Positions 9,972-19,361 of a stretch of 64,000 nucleotides of DNA are shown here, piece by piece. The notes beneath the pieces were generated by a model. It ran no database searches, was not told the origin of the DNA, and saw only the letters and a list, made by a program, of their open reading frames with translations. The DNA lies in contig CAVSQW010000013.1 of the NCBI GenBank assembly GCA_963730185.1, positions 64,001 through 128,000 of the forward strand, given 5' to 3'. How positions within the stretch are numbered: the first letter of the stretch is position 1; each line of letters opens with the position of its first letter. The stretch is from an uncultured Gemmatimonadales bacterium. GTDB lineage: Bacteria; Gemmatimonadota; Gemmatimonadetes; Gemmatimonadales; GWC2-71-9. The position numbers were made by a program, and so were the translations under genes.

Positions 9972-11116
9972 TTGGCGGTCCGAATAGGGTTCGCGTTCAA
10001 TCTCAAGCCCACTCTTCCCTCCGCGTCGGCGGGCGACTCGAACGCCTCTGCTGACCCCAGCGCTTCCCCGGACGATAGCTCCACCGTTCCTCATGCCGGC
10101 CGCGATCTGCGTTCGGACCTGCCGCAGCCCGACCTCTATGCGGAGTGGGACGAGCCGGCGACCATCGACGCGGTCGAACAGGCGCTCGCTCCAGGCTCGG
10201 CGAAGGTGATCCGCCTCGAAGCCGACCACGAGTTTCCCCGGAAGCTCATGGCCGCCCAGCCGATTTCGTCTTCAACATCGCCGAGGGACTCTACGGCCCG
10301 AACCGCGAGGCTCACGTCCCGGCCATCTGCGAGTTCCTCGGGCATGCCCTACCACGCCTCCGACCCGCTCGACCCTGAGCCTGTCGCTCCACAAGGGCCG
10401 CGGCCAAGGAGATCCTCGCGCACCACGGCGTGCCGACGGCCCGTTCATCATGGCCGATACCCGCGCCGACGCCCGCGAACGTGACCCTGCCGTTCCCGCT
10501 CTTCGTGAAGCCGGCCTGCGAGGGGTCGGGCAAGGGGATCACCGTCCAGAGCCTGTGCACCACCCGGGCGCAGCTCGTGCCGGAGGTGGGCGAGCTGCTC
10601 GACGTCTACGCCGCAGCCGGTGCTGATCGAGACCTACCTCCCGGCCAGGAGTTCACGGTCGCGATCCTGGGGAACGGCGCCGGAGGCGCGCTGCCTGCCG
10701 CTCGTCGGCATGAAGTTCGAGGACCTCCCCTACGGCGCTCCGCCGATTTACGGCTACGAGGCCAAGTGGATCTGGGACACTCCCGACCGGCCGCTCGAGA
10801 TCTTCGAATGCCCGGCCGCGCGTTCCCGAGGAGCCTCGCCGGCGAGATCCGGGCGGTCGCCCTGGCCGCGTACAACGCGCTCGGGTTGCCGGGACTGGTG
10901 CCGGGTCGACGTCCGCTGCGACGCCGCCGGCAGCCCGGTCGTGGTCGAGGTCAATCCGCTCCCGGGCATTCTCCCGGATCCGCGGGACAACTCCTGCTTC
11001 CCGAAGGCCGCCCGCGCGGCCGGAATGTCCTACGACGGTCTGATCCAGACCGTCGCCGACATCGCCTGGCGCCGGATCAGCGGGAAGTTCCTCGGCGCAC
11101 CGAGGCTGCGGCATGA
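9972..11116 (+). pseudogene. D-Ala-D-Ala-ligase-like ATP-grasp enzyme 1 with multiple frameshifts (probably sequence errors)
   Basis: AAGGAG RBS plus TTG. Motifs spread over shifting frames: AEWDEPATI, FNIAEG..NREAHVPA, PLFVKPACEGSGKGI, EFTVAILGN, RVDVR, EVNPLPG. Confidence 0.85.
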
Positions 11117-12138
11117 AAGTCGCGATCGTCTACGACGCCGGCAGCGAGCGAGTGGGACTCCGCAGGACGTCGCGGCCGTCCTGGACAACGTCCAGGACGG
11201 TCCGGGCCGCGTCCTCGGCGCGCCGGCCACGACGACGACCTGATCCCGGTCGCCCTGGGCGACGTCCGCTGGCTCGCAGCGGGTCCAGCGGGCGGACGCG
11301 ATCTTCAATCTCTGTGAGGGGGTCAACGGCGATGCCCGGTACGAGGACTACGTCGTCGCCGCCCTCGAGCTACCCGGGTGCCGTTCACCGGCTGCCGGCT
11401 CGTGGGCGATCACGATCGCCCACCGGAAGCACGTCGCCAACACCCTCCTCCAGGCCGACGGCGTCCCGGTCCCCGCCTTTGCGCTGGTCGCAGGGCAACG
11501 CTTCGCCGCCGACTTTCGCTTTCCGGCCATCGTGAAGACCGTCGGGGGAAGATGCGAGCGTCGGGATCGACAACGAAGGCCGTCTGCACTCCCGGAGGCG
11601 CTCAAGGAGCGGCTCAGCCAGGCCACCGCCCTCTGGGAGGACGTGTCCTGGTCCAGGAGTACGTGCCGGGCCGGGAGTTGAACGTCGGGTTCGTCGGCCG
11701 CGAGATGCCTGCCGATGTCCGAGATCGAACTTCGGGAAATGCCCAAGGGCAGCCTGGCCGATCGTGACCTACTGCCGCCAAGTGGGATCGAAGGCAGCGA
11801 GGAAGACCTGGCCACCGTGCCGGTGTGCCCAGCCGAGCTCGAGCCCGAGCTGGAGCAGAAGGTCGGCGACGATCGCCCGCCACGCGTGGGAGCTGCTGGC
11901 GGGGGGCGCGCGGATACGGCCGGGTCGACATGCGACTCGCCGCCGACGGCCAGCCCTACGTGCTCGAGGTCAATCCCAATCCGGACATCTCCGACGACGC
12001 CGGCCTGGCCGGATGGCCGCCGGCCCGCGGTTGGGACTACCCGACGCGCTGGTCCTCCAGATGCTCGACGAAGCGCTCCACCGCGTCGCAGCGGCGCCGC
12101 GCCGCCGAGGAGCAGATACCTCAAGATCTCGGGCGTGA
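11113..12138 (+). pseudogene. D-Ala-D-Ala-ligase-like ATP-grasp enzyme 2 with multiple frameshifts; end approximate
   Basis: ATGA-coupled start. Fragments [44 protein letters not shown]. Confidence 0.85.
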
Positions 12139-12158
12139 CCGGTACCGCGGAGACCGTA

Positions 12159-12669
12159 GTGAAGCTCCGGCCGTTGTCGCCGGCCGACCGGGGCCGCGGT
12201 CGAGAGCGATGACCCGGGCGCGTCGGCGTGTTCCGGGAGGACGAGATCCCCGTGGCGCTCGAGGTCTTCGACCTGGCCGCCGGCGCCGGACCCGATGGGC
12301 GGATCGACGCCGACTACGAGCATGCCGGGGTCGAGGTCGACGGCGCCTTGATGGGATGGGCCAGCTGGGGGCACACGCCCGGGACGCTGGGCACCTTCGA
12401 CCTCTACTGGATCGTCGTCGATCCGGCCGGGCATGGTCGCGGCCTCGGGGTCGGCCCTGCTTGACGAGATGGAGCGGCGAATCGCCGGCCGGGCCCGGCT
12501 GGTGCTGGTCGAGACCTCGGGACGGGCCGACTATGCCGGGACCCGGGCCTTCTACGAGCGCCGCGGCTACCACTTGGCCGCCACCATCCCCGGCTTCTAC
12601 GCCCCCGGTGACGACCGGGTGACCTTCGCCAAGCAGGTCGAAGGCTGGCGTCTCTCGGGAACGAGGTAG
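12159..12669 (+). pseudogene. GNAT family N-acetyltransferase, frameshifted (probably sequence errors)
   Basis: Fragments [29 protein letters not shown] (acetyl-CoA motif A), [19 protein letters not shown]. Confidence 0.85.
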
Positions 12670-12676
12670 GATCCCC

Positions 12677-13846
12677 ATGTCCAGTTGGCAGGAGCTCCTG
12701 CGTCAGCGGTCCATCGCCAGCCTCGAGTCGCTGGCCGAGCGGTTCGGGCCGGACCAGTTCCCCCAGATCGACCGGCTCCGGCAGGCGGTCGACAACTTCG
12801 AGTTCCGGATCTCCCCGCCGATGGTGGACCTGATCCAGGAGCCGGGCGACCCGATCTGGCAGCAGTATGTGCCCACCATCCAGGAGCTGGAGATCGAGGA
12901 CGGGATCGTCGACTCGCTCAACGAAGACGCGGACAGCCCGGTCCCCAACATCACCCACCGCTACCCCGACCGGGCCCTGTTCCTGGTCTCGCCGGTCTGC
13001 GCCAGCTATTGCCGCTTCTGCACCCGGCGTCGGAAGGTGGGCGACCCCGAGAAGATCCCGATGTCGCAGTTCGAGTCGGCCTTCCAGTACCTGGAAGCGC
13101 ACACCGAGATCCGCGACGTCATCATGTCGGGCGGCGACCCGCTGATGCTCTCTGACCGGCGGTTGGAGCTGATCCTCACCCGGCTCCGGGCCATCCCGCA
13201 CTTGGAGATCATCCGGATCGGGAGCCGGATTCCCTGTCATCTGCCGGAGCGGATCACGCCGGAGCTGTGCGACATGCTGCACAAGTTCCATCCGCTCTTC
13301 ATCAACACCCACTTCAATCACCCGAGCGAGCTCACTCCGGCCGCCGTGAAGGCCCTCGGCATGCTGGCCGACGCCGGCATCCCGCTCGGCTGCCAGACCG
13401 TGCTCCTCAAGGGGATCAACGACACCCCCGAGGTGATGGTCCGCCTGATGCAGAAGCTGCTGATGGCGAGGGTCCGGCCCTACTACCTCTACATGGCCGA
13501 CCAGGTGGCCGGGGCCGAGCACTTCCGGACCTCGGTCGGGACCGGGCTCAAGATCATGAAGGCGCTCCGGGGCTGGACCAGCGGGCTGGCCATCCCCTAC
13601 TTCGTGATCGACGCGCCCGGCGGCGGCGGGAAGGTGCCGCTGGTGCCGGACTATGTGGAGAGCTTCAGCGAGGATGAGGTGGTGCTCCGGAACTTCCGCG
13701 GCGACCGGTACGTGTACCGGCAGCCTGACGGAGCGGCGGCGGCGGCCCGGAAGACCGACCCCGAGTATCTCTTCGATCCGTCCTTCGAGCTTCCGGCCCG
13801 GAAGAAGGGGGCGGGGGCGAAGCCCGGGCGGCGGAAGACCGCGTAG
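12677..13846 (+). CDS. KamA-family radical SAM aminomutase (lysine 2,3-aminomutase-like)
   Basis: HRYPDR, CASYCRFCTRRR (CxxxCxxC), SGGDPL, HFNHP, QTVLLKGIND, PYYLY, DAPGGGGK (PLP lysine). Confidence 0.95.
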   Translation: MSSWQELLRQRSIASLESLAERFGPDQFPQIDRLRQAVDNFEFRISPPMVDLIQEPGDPIWQQYVPTIQELEIEDGIVDSLNEDADSPVPNITHRYPDRALFLVSPVCASYCRFCTRRRKVGDPEKIPMSQFESAFQYLEAHTEIRDVIMSGGDPLMLSDRRLELILTRLRAIPHLEIIRIGSRIPCHLPERITPELCDMLHKFHPLFINTHFNHPSELTPAAVKALGMLADAGIPLGCQTVLLKGINDTPEVMVRLMQKLLMARVRPYYLYMADQVAGAEHFRTSVGTGLKIMKALRGWTSGLAIPYFVIDAPGGGGKVPLVPDYVESFSEDEVVLRNFRGDRYVYRQPDGAAAAARKTDPEYLFDPSFELPARKKGAGAKPGRRKTA

Positions 13847-13997
13847 GCTGCCGCTCCCGAAGCTCCCGACCGCCCGGCGCCGTCTCGGTTGCCAGGCGGT
13901 CTGCTTTCCGGAGGTGATCCCGCGGATTCATGGGATGGCCTGCCTCGGTGACTACGACCCCGAGGCTTCTCGGGCGGGGGTACCCTGGTTCGGCGGC

Positions 13998-14100
13998 GCT
14001 TCCGAGAGATCCGGTTCGGCATCGCCCTCACCAGGCGGTGAGGGCGGACGGCCCAGGGGGCGATCCGACGCGATACCGGACCGGAATCTCCGGGGGAAGC
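13998..14100. repeat. Imperfect long inverted repeat with an internal hairpin, between convergent genes
   Basis: GCTTCC..GAGAT-CCGGTTCGGCATCGC pairs with GCGATACCGGACCGG-AATCTC..GGAAGC; inner CGCCCTCACC-AGGC-GGTGAGGGCG. Confidence 0.5.
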
Positions 14101-14547
14101 CTAGTGTCCCATGTCTCCCGACATGGCGAGATCGCCGCACGCCACCACGTCGTCGCCGCCGGCGGCATGCACATTCACGTGATAGTCCGCTTTCGGGTCC
14201 AGCTTGACCGGCACCACGGCCGAGGCCGAGCCGCCGCCCATCTTGTCGACCGTGATGGGTTTGTAGACGTTGGCCGGGCCCACGACGCCGCCATTGGACC
14301 CGCACTTGCCGCTGTGCACGTGCCAGTGGTGAACCGAGCCGGGCTTGGCGCCGAGGATTGTGATCGACGCCCGATACGACGTCCCGTCGTCCTTCTTGCC
14401 GGCCATCGCCATCGCCGGCTCGATGTCGGCGCTGCCGCTGATGCCGGAGGAGCCGACCGCATTGATGGTCGCGTGCCAACTGGTGAGCACGGCCACGGAA
14501 AGGAGGCTGACGGCACCGGCCGTCGCGGCAAAGAGACGCATACTCAT
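14101..14547 (-). CDS. Secreted Cu/Zn-SOD-like / CHRD-like beta-sandwich protein with His ligands
   Basis: GAGGGAG RBS; signal peptide; HHWHVH..C, YHVNVH, VACGDL. Confidence 0.75.
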   Translation of the reverse strand: MSMRLFAATAGAVSLLSVAVLTSWHATINAVGSSGISGSADIEPAMAMAGKKDDGTSYRASITILGAKPGSVHHWHVHSGKCGSNGGVVGPANVYKPITVDKMGGGSASAVVPVKLDPKADYHVNVHAAGGDDVVACGDLAMSGDMGH

Positions 14548-14765
14548 GGGAACTCCCTCGGAATGCTGTATCCTCTTCGACGGCTCCGGCCGCTTCTCTT
14601 GCACAGCGGGGGACACCGGAGGCTGGCGGAGTTGCGCCACCGGAGATGGGCGGTGGGCCGCCGGCCGGGACGACCCCGGCGCGACGGGTCCGTGAGGACG
14701 GCCCACCGACCATTCCGGCAGCGTGCCGGTCGCCAGGGGGAGTTGACGACCGGCCCGCCGATTCC

Positions 14766-15218
14766 CTACTCGCCGCCGCTAAAGTCGCCGCAGCCGAGGA
14801 CCGAGCCGCCCCCGCTGACGGAGACTGAATACGACTTCGTGGGATCGAGCTCGGCCGGGACCTTCGCCGTGGCCTGGCCGGCGCCCTGGTCGTCCACCTT
14901 GATCGCCGGATAGGCGCTCCCGGAGCCGACCGCCCCGCTCGGTGCGCTGCAGCGACCCTCCTGGACCTGCCAGGCGAGGGTGGAGCCGGCCGTGGCCCCG
15001 GTGACGCTCACCGTCGCCTGATACGACGCCGGTGCCGCCGCCGCGGCCGGCGTGGCCGCCGAGCCGGCAGCGCCACCCCCGGCCTGCTCGATCGTGGCCG
15101 ACCCGCTGATGCCCGAGTCACCCTTCGGGCTGATCCGGGCATTCCATCCCGCCCCCAGCGCCGTCGCGGCCAAGAAGCCGGCTGAACCCAGAGCCATGGT
15201 GATTTCGTGAGTACGCAT
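14766..15218 (-). CDS. Paralogous SOD-like/CHRD-like secreted protein lacking His ligands
   Basis: AAGGAG RBS; shares SGISGSA, SY.A, G.C, LDP and CGD with its neighbour, but has LAWQVQ and YSVSVS at the His motifs. Confidence 0.7.
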   Translation of the reverse strand: MRTHEITMALGSAGFLAATALGAGWNARISPKGDSGISGSATIEQAGGGAAGSAATPAAAAAPASYQATVSVTGATAGSTLAWQVQEGRCSAPSGAVGSGSAYPAIKVDDQGAGQATAKVPAELDPTKSYSVSVSGGGSVLGCGDFSGGE

Positions 15219-15518
15219 CGTGTCGCTCCTTCCTTGGCGACCCGGAGCCGGGCGCCCCTGAAGACAAGAAGGCGCGACCGACATGCCCTCCCTGGGCAAT
15301 CGATCGCGCCTTCATCGAACGAAGCCCGCTGCTTCGTCCGTGACGCTGATCCGGTCGACACACCGGACCGAGCTGTCCCTCGCCGACCAACGTAAGACGG
15401 GTTACGGCACCTCGCAAGACTGCGAAAACAAGTCCCCGACCGGGAATGCGTCCCGGTGCAACGGGGAGTCTCGGGCGACGTCCCCGGATCAGGTGCGGCA
15501 CATGATGGCGAGGTGACC

Positions 15519-18500
15519 ATGACGGGCCCGGACCACGAATCGTTCGATCGGGTGGTGCCCGCGTTCGTCGGGTGGACCGCCTGGATCCTGCTGATGGTCG
15601 GAGGTGCGGCCCTGGTCTCCTGGGTCGTGCCGCCGATCCGCGGCTTGGCGATCGGAGCACAATCGCCCCTCTATCCCAACGAGGCGGTCGGGCTGGTCGG
15701 CGCCGGGCTGGCGCTCCTGGCACTCGCCTGGAAGCGGCGCGGCCTCGCGCTGGCCGGCGGGATGATCGCCGCGTTGGTCGGTGGACTCACTCTCTTCCAG
15801 TTCGTGAGCGGCGTCGACCTCGGTATCGATCGCGTGCTGCTCGGCGGTCTGGGCCCGATCCTCGACGGGGCCCGCTTTCCCGGTCGGATGACGGCCTCCT
15901 CCGCGCTCGGCCTGTTCTTCGCGGGAGTGAGCCTCGTCGCGCTGGTGGGCGCTCGAGGGAGCGGTGCAGTCGCGATCGTCGCCGGAGTCTTCGGCGCGAC
16001 CGTGGCGGCGCTCGGTGGCGCGGTCATCTTCGGATACGCCACCGGCATGCTGGCCGCCTTCCAAAGCGGCGGCGTCGCGGGTGGCTCACCCCTTGGCGCG
16101 CTCGCACTCTCCGCCCTCGGCGGCAGCATCGTGGCCGTGGCCTGGGATTCCGATCGACCGGTCGCCACTCTGCCTCGGTGGTTCGCGCCCGCCGTCACCA
16201 TCGCCTGCCTGACCGCGACCATCCTGATCTGGCGAGCGCTGGTCAGCCGCGACTCGGAGCAGCTCAACCAGCAACTGGTCCATGAAGCGGTGGCGGTCCG
16301 GCAGGCGCTCCGGATTCGGATCGATGCGTTGGTCAAGTCGCTCGGACGGCTCGCCGCCCGGACCGGGCAGTTGACCCGAGCTGAGTGGACGACCGACGCG
16401 GAGCGGATGGTCCGCGACGTCGCGGCCTATCGCGCCGTGGTCTGGACCGACCCGAGCGGGGCCGTCCGAGTGGTGCCGGATCTCACTCGCGACGGCGCGT
16501 TGGCTCGGCAGGTCGCCGACCTGGGCAATCCGGTCGTCGATACCGTCGTCGGCCTCCGGTACCTCGACGACCCGAGGTCGGCCTCCCTGGTCGACCAGGG
16601 CCGCCAGCTCACCGTCCGGGTCGCGGCGTGTCTGGACGGCAGGTGCCGCGGTCGGGTGCTGGGCCTGTTCGACCTGCATCGCCTCTTCGCCGCCACCCTG
16701 GACGAAACGGGACGCTACGGCTGCGTCACCGTCGCCACCGCCGGCCGAGTGCTCCGGGCGTCGCCCGACGACCACTGCCGGAACGACCGCCAGGCGGGCC
16801 AGACTTTCATGGCCGTGGGGTCGAATTCATGGACCGTGACGGTGCGGCCCACCGAGCAGATGTTGGCCGCCAACGGATCAACCTTGCCGACCGTCATTCT
16901 GCTCCTCGGCATCCTGGTCAGCGGGCTCCTCGGGGCCAGCCTCCGGTTGGCCCAGCGCTCCTGGGACCTGGCCCGGCGGGCCGAACAGACGGAGGTATCG
17001 CACGCCCTCCAGACCGCGACCGACGGGGTCTGGGAATGGGCGCCGCCCGACGGCCCGATGCGCCGGGCGGCAATGTGGCGGGCCCTTGGATTTGGCGAGA
17101 TCCCACTGCCCACCCGGGTCGCCTGGGAGTCGCTGATCCACCCGCTGGACCAGCCTCACGTCGCCGACGCCCTGCGCGACCACCTCGCCGGCCGGACCGA
17201 GTCGCTCACGATGGAGTATCGAATCCGGGCTGCGGACGGGACCTGGCACTGGATCGTCGACCGGGCTCGCGTCGTCGAGTGGCACGCCTTCCGCGAGCCT
17301 TCGCGAGTCCTCGGCATCTACGCCGACATCACCGAGCGTCATGTCGCCGCCGAGGCCCTGCGGGCCAGCGAACGGCGGTTCCGGGCGATGTTCGACAGCG
17401 CCTTCCAGCTCCAGATGCTGCTCAACCTCGATTATCGCCTGCTGGAGGTGAACCGGACCGCGCTGGCCTTTGCCGAGACCCGACTCGAGACGGTTCGCGG
17501 CCGTCGGATCTGGAATACTCCCTGGTGGCAGGGCTCGCTGGCCCGCGAGGCCCGGCTCCGGAAGGCGTGCGGACGAGCCGCGGCCGGGGAGACCGTGCCG
17601 TACCAGGAGGAGCTGAGCGGGTCGGCCGGCCGCCGGGCCAGCGTCGAGTGTTCGCTCCAGCCGATTCGCGACGAGCAGGGACGGGTCGTCCAGATCCTGG
17701 TCGAGGCGCGCGACGTGAGCGACCGGGAGCGGGCCGAGCGGGCCCTGCGCGAGCTGGCCACCTTCAGCACGATGGGGCGGTTGGCCGCCCGGGTCGCTCA
17801 CGAGATCAACAACCCGCTGGCCGGGATCCAGAACTCCTTCATGCTGATCAAGGATGCGGTGCCCGACGACCACCCCTATGTCCGGTACGTCGGGGCGATC
17901 GAACGGGAGATCGACCGGATCGCGAGCGTGACCCGACAGCTCTACGGCCTCTACCGAGCCGAGCGCGACGACGCTGCTGAGACAGCGATCGGCATCGCGG
18001 TATCGGACGCCGTGGGCTTGCTCAACCAGGTCAACCGGCGAGCCAACGTCCGAATCGAGACCGACACCGACGGCGCGTCGTCCGTCTTGCCGCTGCCCGA
18101 CGCCCTGATCCGCCAGATCGTCTTCAACCTGGTGCAGAACGCCGTGGAGGCGTCGCCCCCGGGCACCTCCGTGGCCGTCCGGGCGTGGACCGAGGCTGGA
18201 GTCTGCTGGCTGACGGTGCGCGACCATGGACCGGGCATCCCCGCCGACCTGCGCGAGCGGATCTTCACCGACTTCTACAGCACCAAGAGCGGCCTGGCCA
18301 CCGGAGGGATGGGCCTCGGGCTCTCGATCGTTCGCCGCTCGGTCCACGCGCTGGGGGGGCGCATCGAAGTGTTGAGCCCGCCCGACGGAGGGGCCGAAAT
18401 CCGGGCGCAGCTTCCATTCACCACCGAGAGGACCACCGATGACCACGATGTCGCCACCCGCCACCCGGGGCCGGATTCTGCTGGCCGACGACGAAGCGAC

Positions 18501-18536
18501 CTTCCTCGACTCGACCGCCGACCTGCTTCGGCGTGA
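15519..18536 (+). CDS. Membrane-bound PAS-domain sensor histidine kinase
   Basis: Multiple N-terminal TM helices, an extracytoplasmic domain, two PAS domains (IHPLD, EYRIR..DG.W.W), H-box AHEINNPL, N-box NLVQNA, DHGPGI, GMGLGL. Confidence 0.92.
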   Translation: MTGPDHESFDRVVPAFVGWTAWILLMVGGAALVSWVVPPIRGLAIGAQSPLYPNEAVGLVGAGLALLALAWKRRGLALAGGMIAALVGGLTLFQFVSGVDLGIDRVLLGGLGPILDGARFPGRMTASSALGLFFAGVSLVALVGARGSGAVAIVAGVFGATVAALGGAVIFGYATGMLAAFQSGGVAGGSPLGALALSALGGSIVAVAWDSDRPVATLPRWFAPAVTIACLTATILIWRALVSRDSEQLNQQLVHEAVAVRQALRIRIDALVKSLGRLAARTGQLTRAEWTTDAERMVRDVAAYRAVVWTDPSGAVRVVPDLTRDGALARQVADLGNPVVDTVVGLRYLDDPRSASLVDQGRQLTVRVAACLDGRCRGRVLGLFDLHRLFAATLDETGRYGCVTVATAGRVLRASPDDHCRNDRQAGQTFMAVGSNSWTVTVRPTEQMLAANGSTLPTVILLLGILVSGLLGASLRLAQRSWDLARRAEQTEVSHALQTATDGVWEWAPPDGPMRRAAMWRALGFGEIPLPTRVAWESLIHPLDQPHVADALRDHLAGRTESLTMEYRIRAADGTWHWIVDRARVVEWHAFREPSRVLGIYADITERHVAAEALRASERRFRAMFDSAFQLQMLLNLDYRLLEVNRTALAFAETRLETVRGRRIWNTPWWQGSLAREARLRKACGRAAAGETVPYQEELSGSAGRRASVECSLQPIRDEQGRVVQILVEARDVSDRERAERALRELATFSTMGRLAARVAHEINNPLAGIQNSFMLIKDAVPDDHPYVRYVGAIEREIDRIASVTRQLYGLYRAERDDAAETAIGIAVSDAVGLLNQVNRRANVRIETDTDGASSVLPLPDALIRQIVFNLVQNAVEASPPGTSVAVRAWTEAGVCWLTVRDHGPGIPADLRERIFTDFYSTKSGLATGGMGLGLSIVRRSVHALGGRIEVLSPPDGGAEIRAQLPFTTERTTDDHDVATRHPGPDSAGRRRSDLPRLDRRPASA

Positions 18537-19188
18537 AGGCTTCGATTGTGAGACGGTCTCCGACGGTCTCCAGGCCATGGACCGCCTCGACGAGGCGTCC
18601 TTCGACCTCCTAATCAGCGATCTCGAGATGCCGGGCAACGAGGACCTCGCCCTGGTCCGTCGCATCGCGGAGCGGGCCGGGGGACTGCCGATCATCATCG
18701 TCACCGCGTATCCGTCGACCCGGTCGGCCATCGCCTCGATCGAGCTGCCGGTCGCCTCCTACCTCGTCAAGCCGGTGGCCTTCACCGAGCTTTTGACCCG
18801 GGTCGAGACCGCCACGGCTCGGTTTCGATCGTTCACCGCCATGCGACAGGTGGAGGACCGGCTCAGCGAATGGCGCCACGAGCTGAAGACGGTCCGGGCC
18901 GGGAGCGATCCGGTCGCGGTCGCCCGGCCCCCGATCGACGCGTTTCTCGCGCTCACCCTCCGCAATGTGATGGGCTCGCTCACCGACCTGGAGCAAATGA
19001 GCCGAGCGCTCTCCGGCCGGCCCGGGTCCGCCCACCCCTGCGAGATGGTCAACTGTCCCCGCGGCCTCCAGCTCCGGGCGGCGATCGAGGAGACGATCCG
19101 GGTGCTCGAGGCCACCAAGGGCGCGTTTCGGTCCCGAACGCTCGCGAACCTCCGGGCCCAGCTGGAGGTGCTGATGGCGACGAACTAG
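18439..19188 (+). CDS. Response regulator with an unrecognised C-terminal output domain
   Basis: LLADDE, ISDLEMPG, VTAYP, LVKP; GAGG RBS. Confidence 0.88.
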   Translation: MTTMSPPATRGRILLADDEATFLDSTADLLRREGFDCETVSDGLQAMDRLDEASFDLLISDLEMPGNEDLALVRRIAERAGGLPIIIVTAYPSTRSAIASIELPVASYLVKPVAFTELLTRVETATARFRSFTAMRQVEDRLSEWRHELKTVRAGSDPVAVARPPIDAFLALTLRNVMGSLTDLEQMSRALSGRPGSAHPCEMVNCPRGLQLRAAIEETIRVLEATKGAFRSRTLANLRAQLEVLMATN

Positions 19189-19207
19189 GGCGACGCGTTT
19201 TCGGCGA

Positions 19208-19236
19208 TTGACACTGGGAGACGAACCGGATAGTTT
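19208..19236 (+). promoter_or_regulatory. Sigma70-type promoter
   Basis: TTGACA-N17-TAGTTT. Confidence 0.7.
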
Positions 19237-19299
19237 GGCCAAACCCGGTGGCGGGATAGCCGGTTCCTTGGACGGGCGGGGTTCGGCCCCGTGAGTCCG

Positions 19300-19342
19300 A
19301 AGGCGCGTCGAGACGAGAGTCGTCTCACGCGCCTTTGTCGTT
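19300..19342 (+). terminator. Intrinsic-terminator-like hairpin upstream of the csbD-like gene
   Basis: AAGGCGCGT(C)GAGACGA-GAG-TCGTCTCACGCGCCTT followed by TGTCGTT. Confidence 0.55.
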
Positions 19343-19361
19343 CAGGGTACGGGAGGTGAGC

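Noticed and set aside
12677..13846. KamA protein as EF-P modification enzyme EpmB, linked to the DHS-like gene
   Set aside because: No efp or epmA nearby; it is coupled to ligases and a GNAT, and the DHS-like gene is about 40 kb away.
14660..14705. Guanidine-II-like hairpin with an ACGA loop
   Set aside because: Only one ACGR loop, and on the strand opposite to the downstream gene.
15296..15311. Sigma54-like site upstream of the SOD-like pair (minus strand)
   Set aside because: GG-to-GC spacing is 11 nt, not the required 10.
15519..19188. Kinase and regulator as one frameshifted hybrid kinase
   Set aside because: The regulator has its own RBS and start, and the kinase catalytic domain is complete before the overlap.
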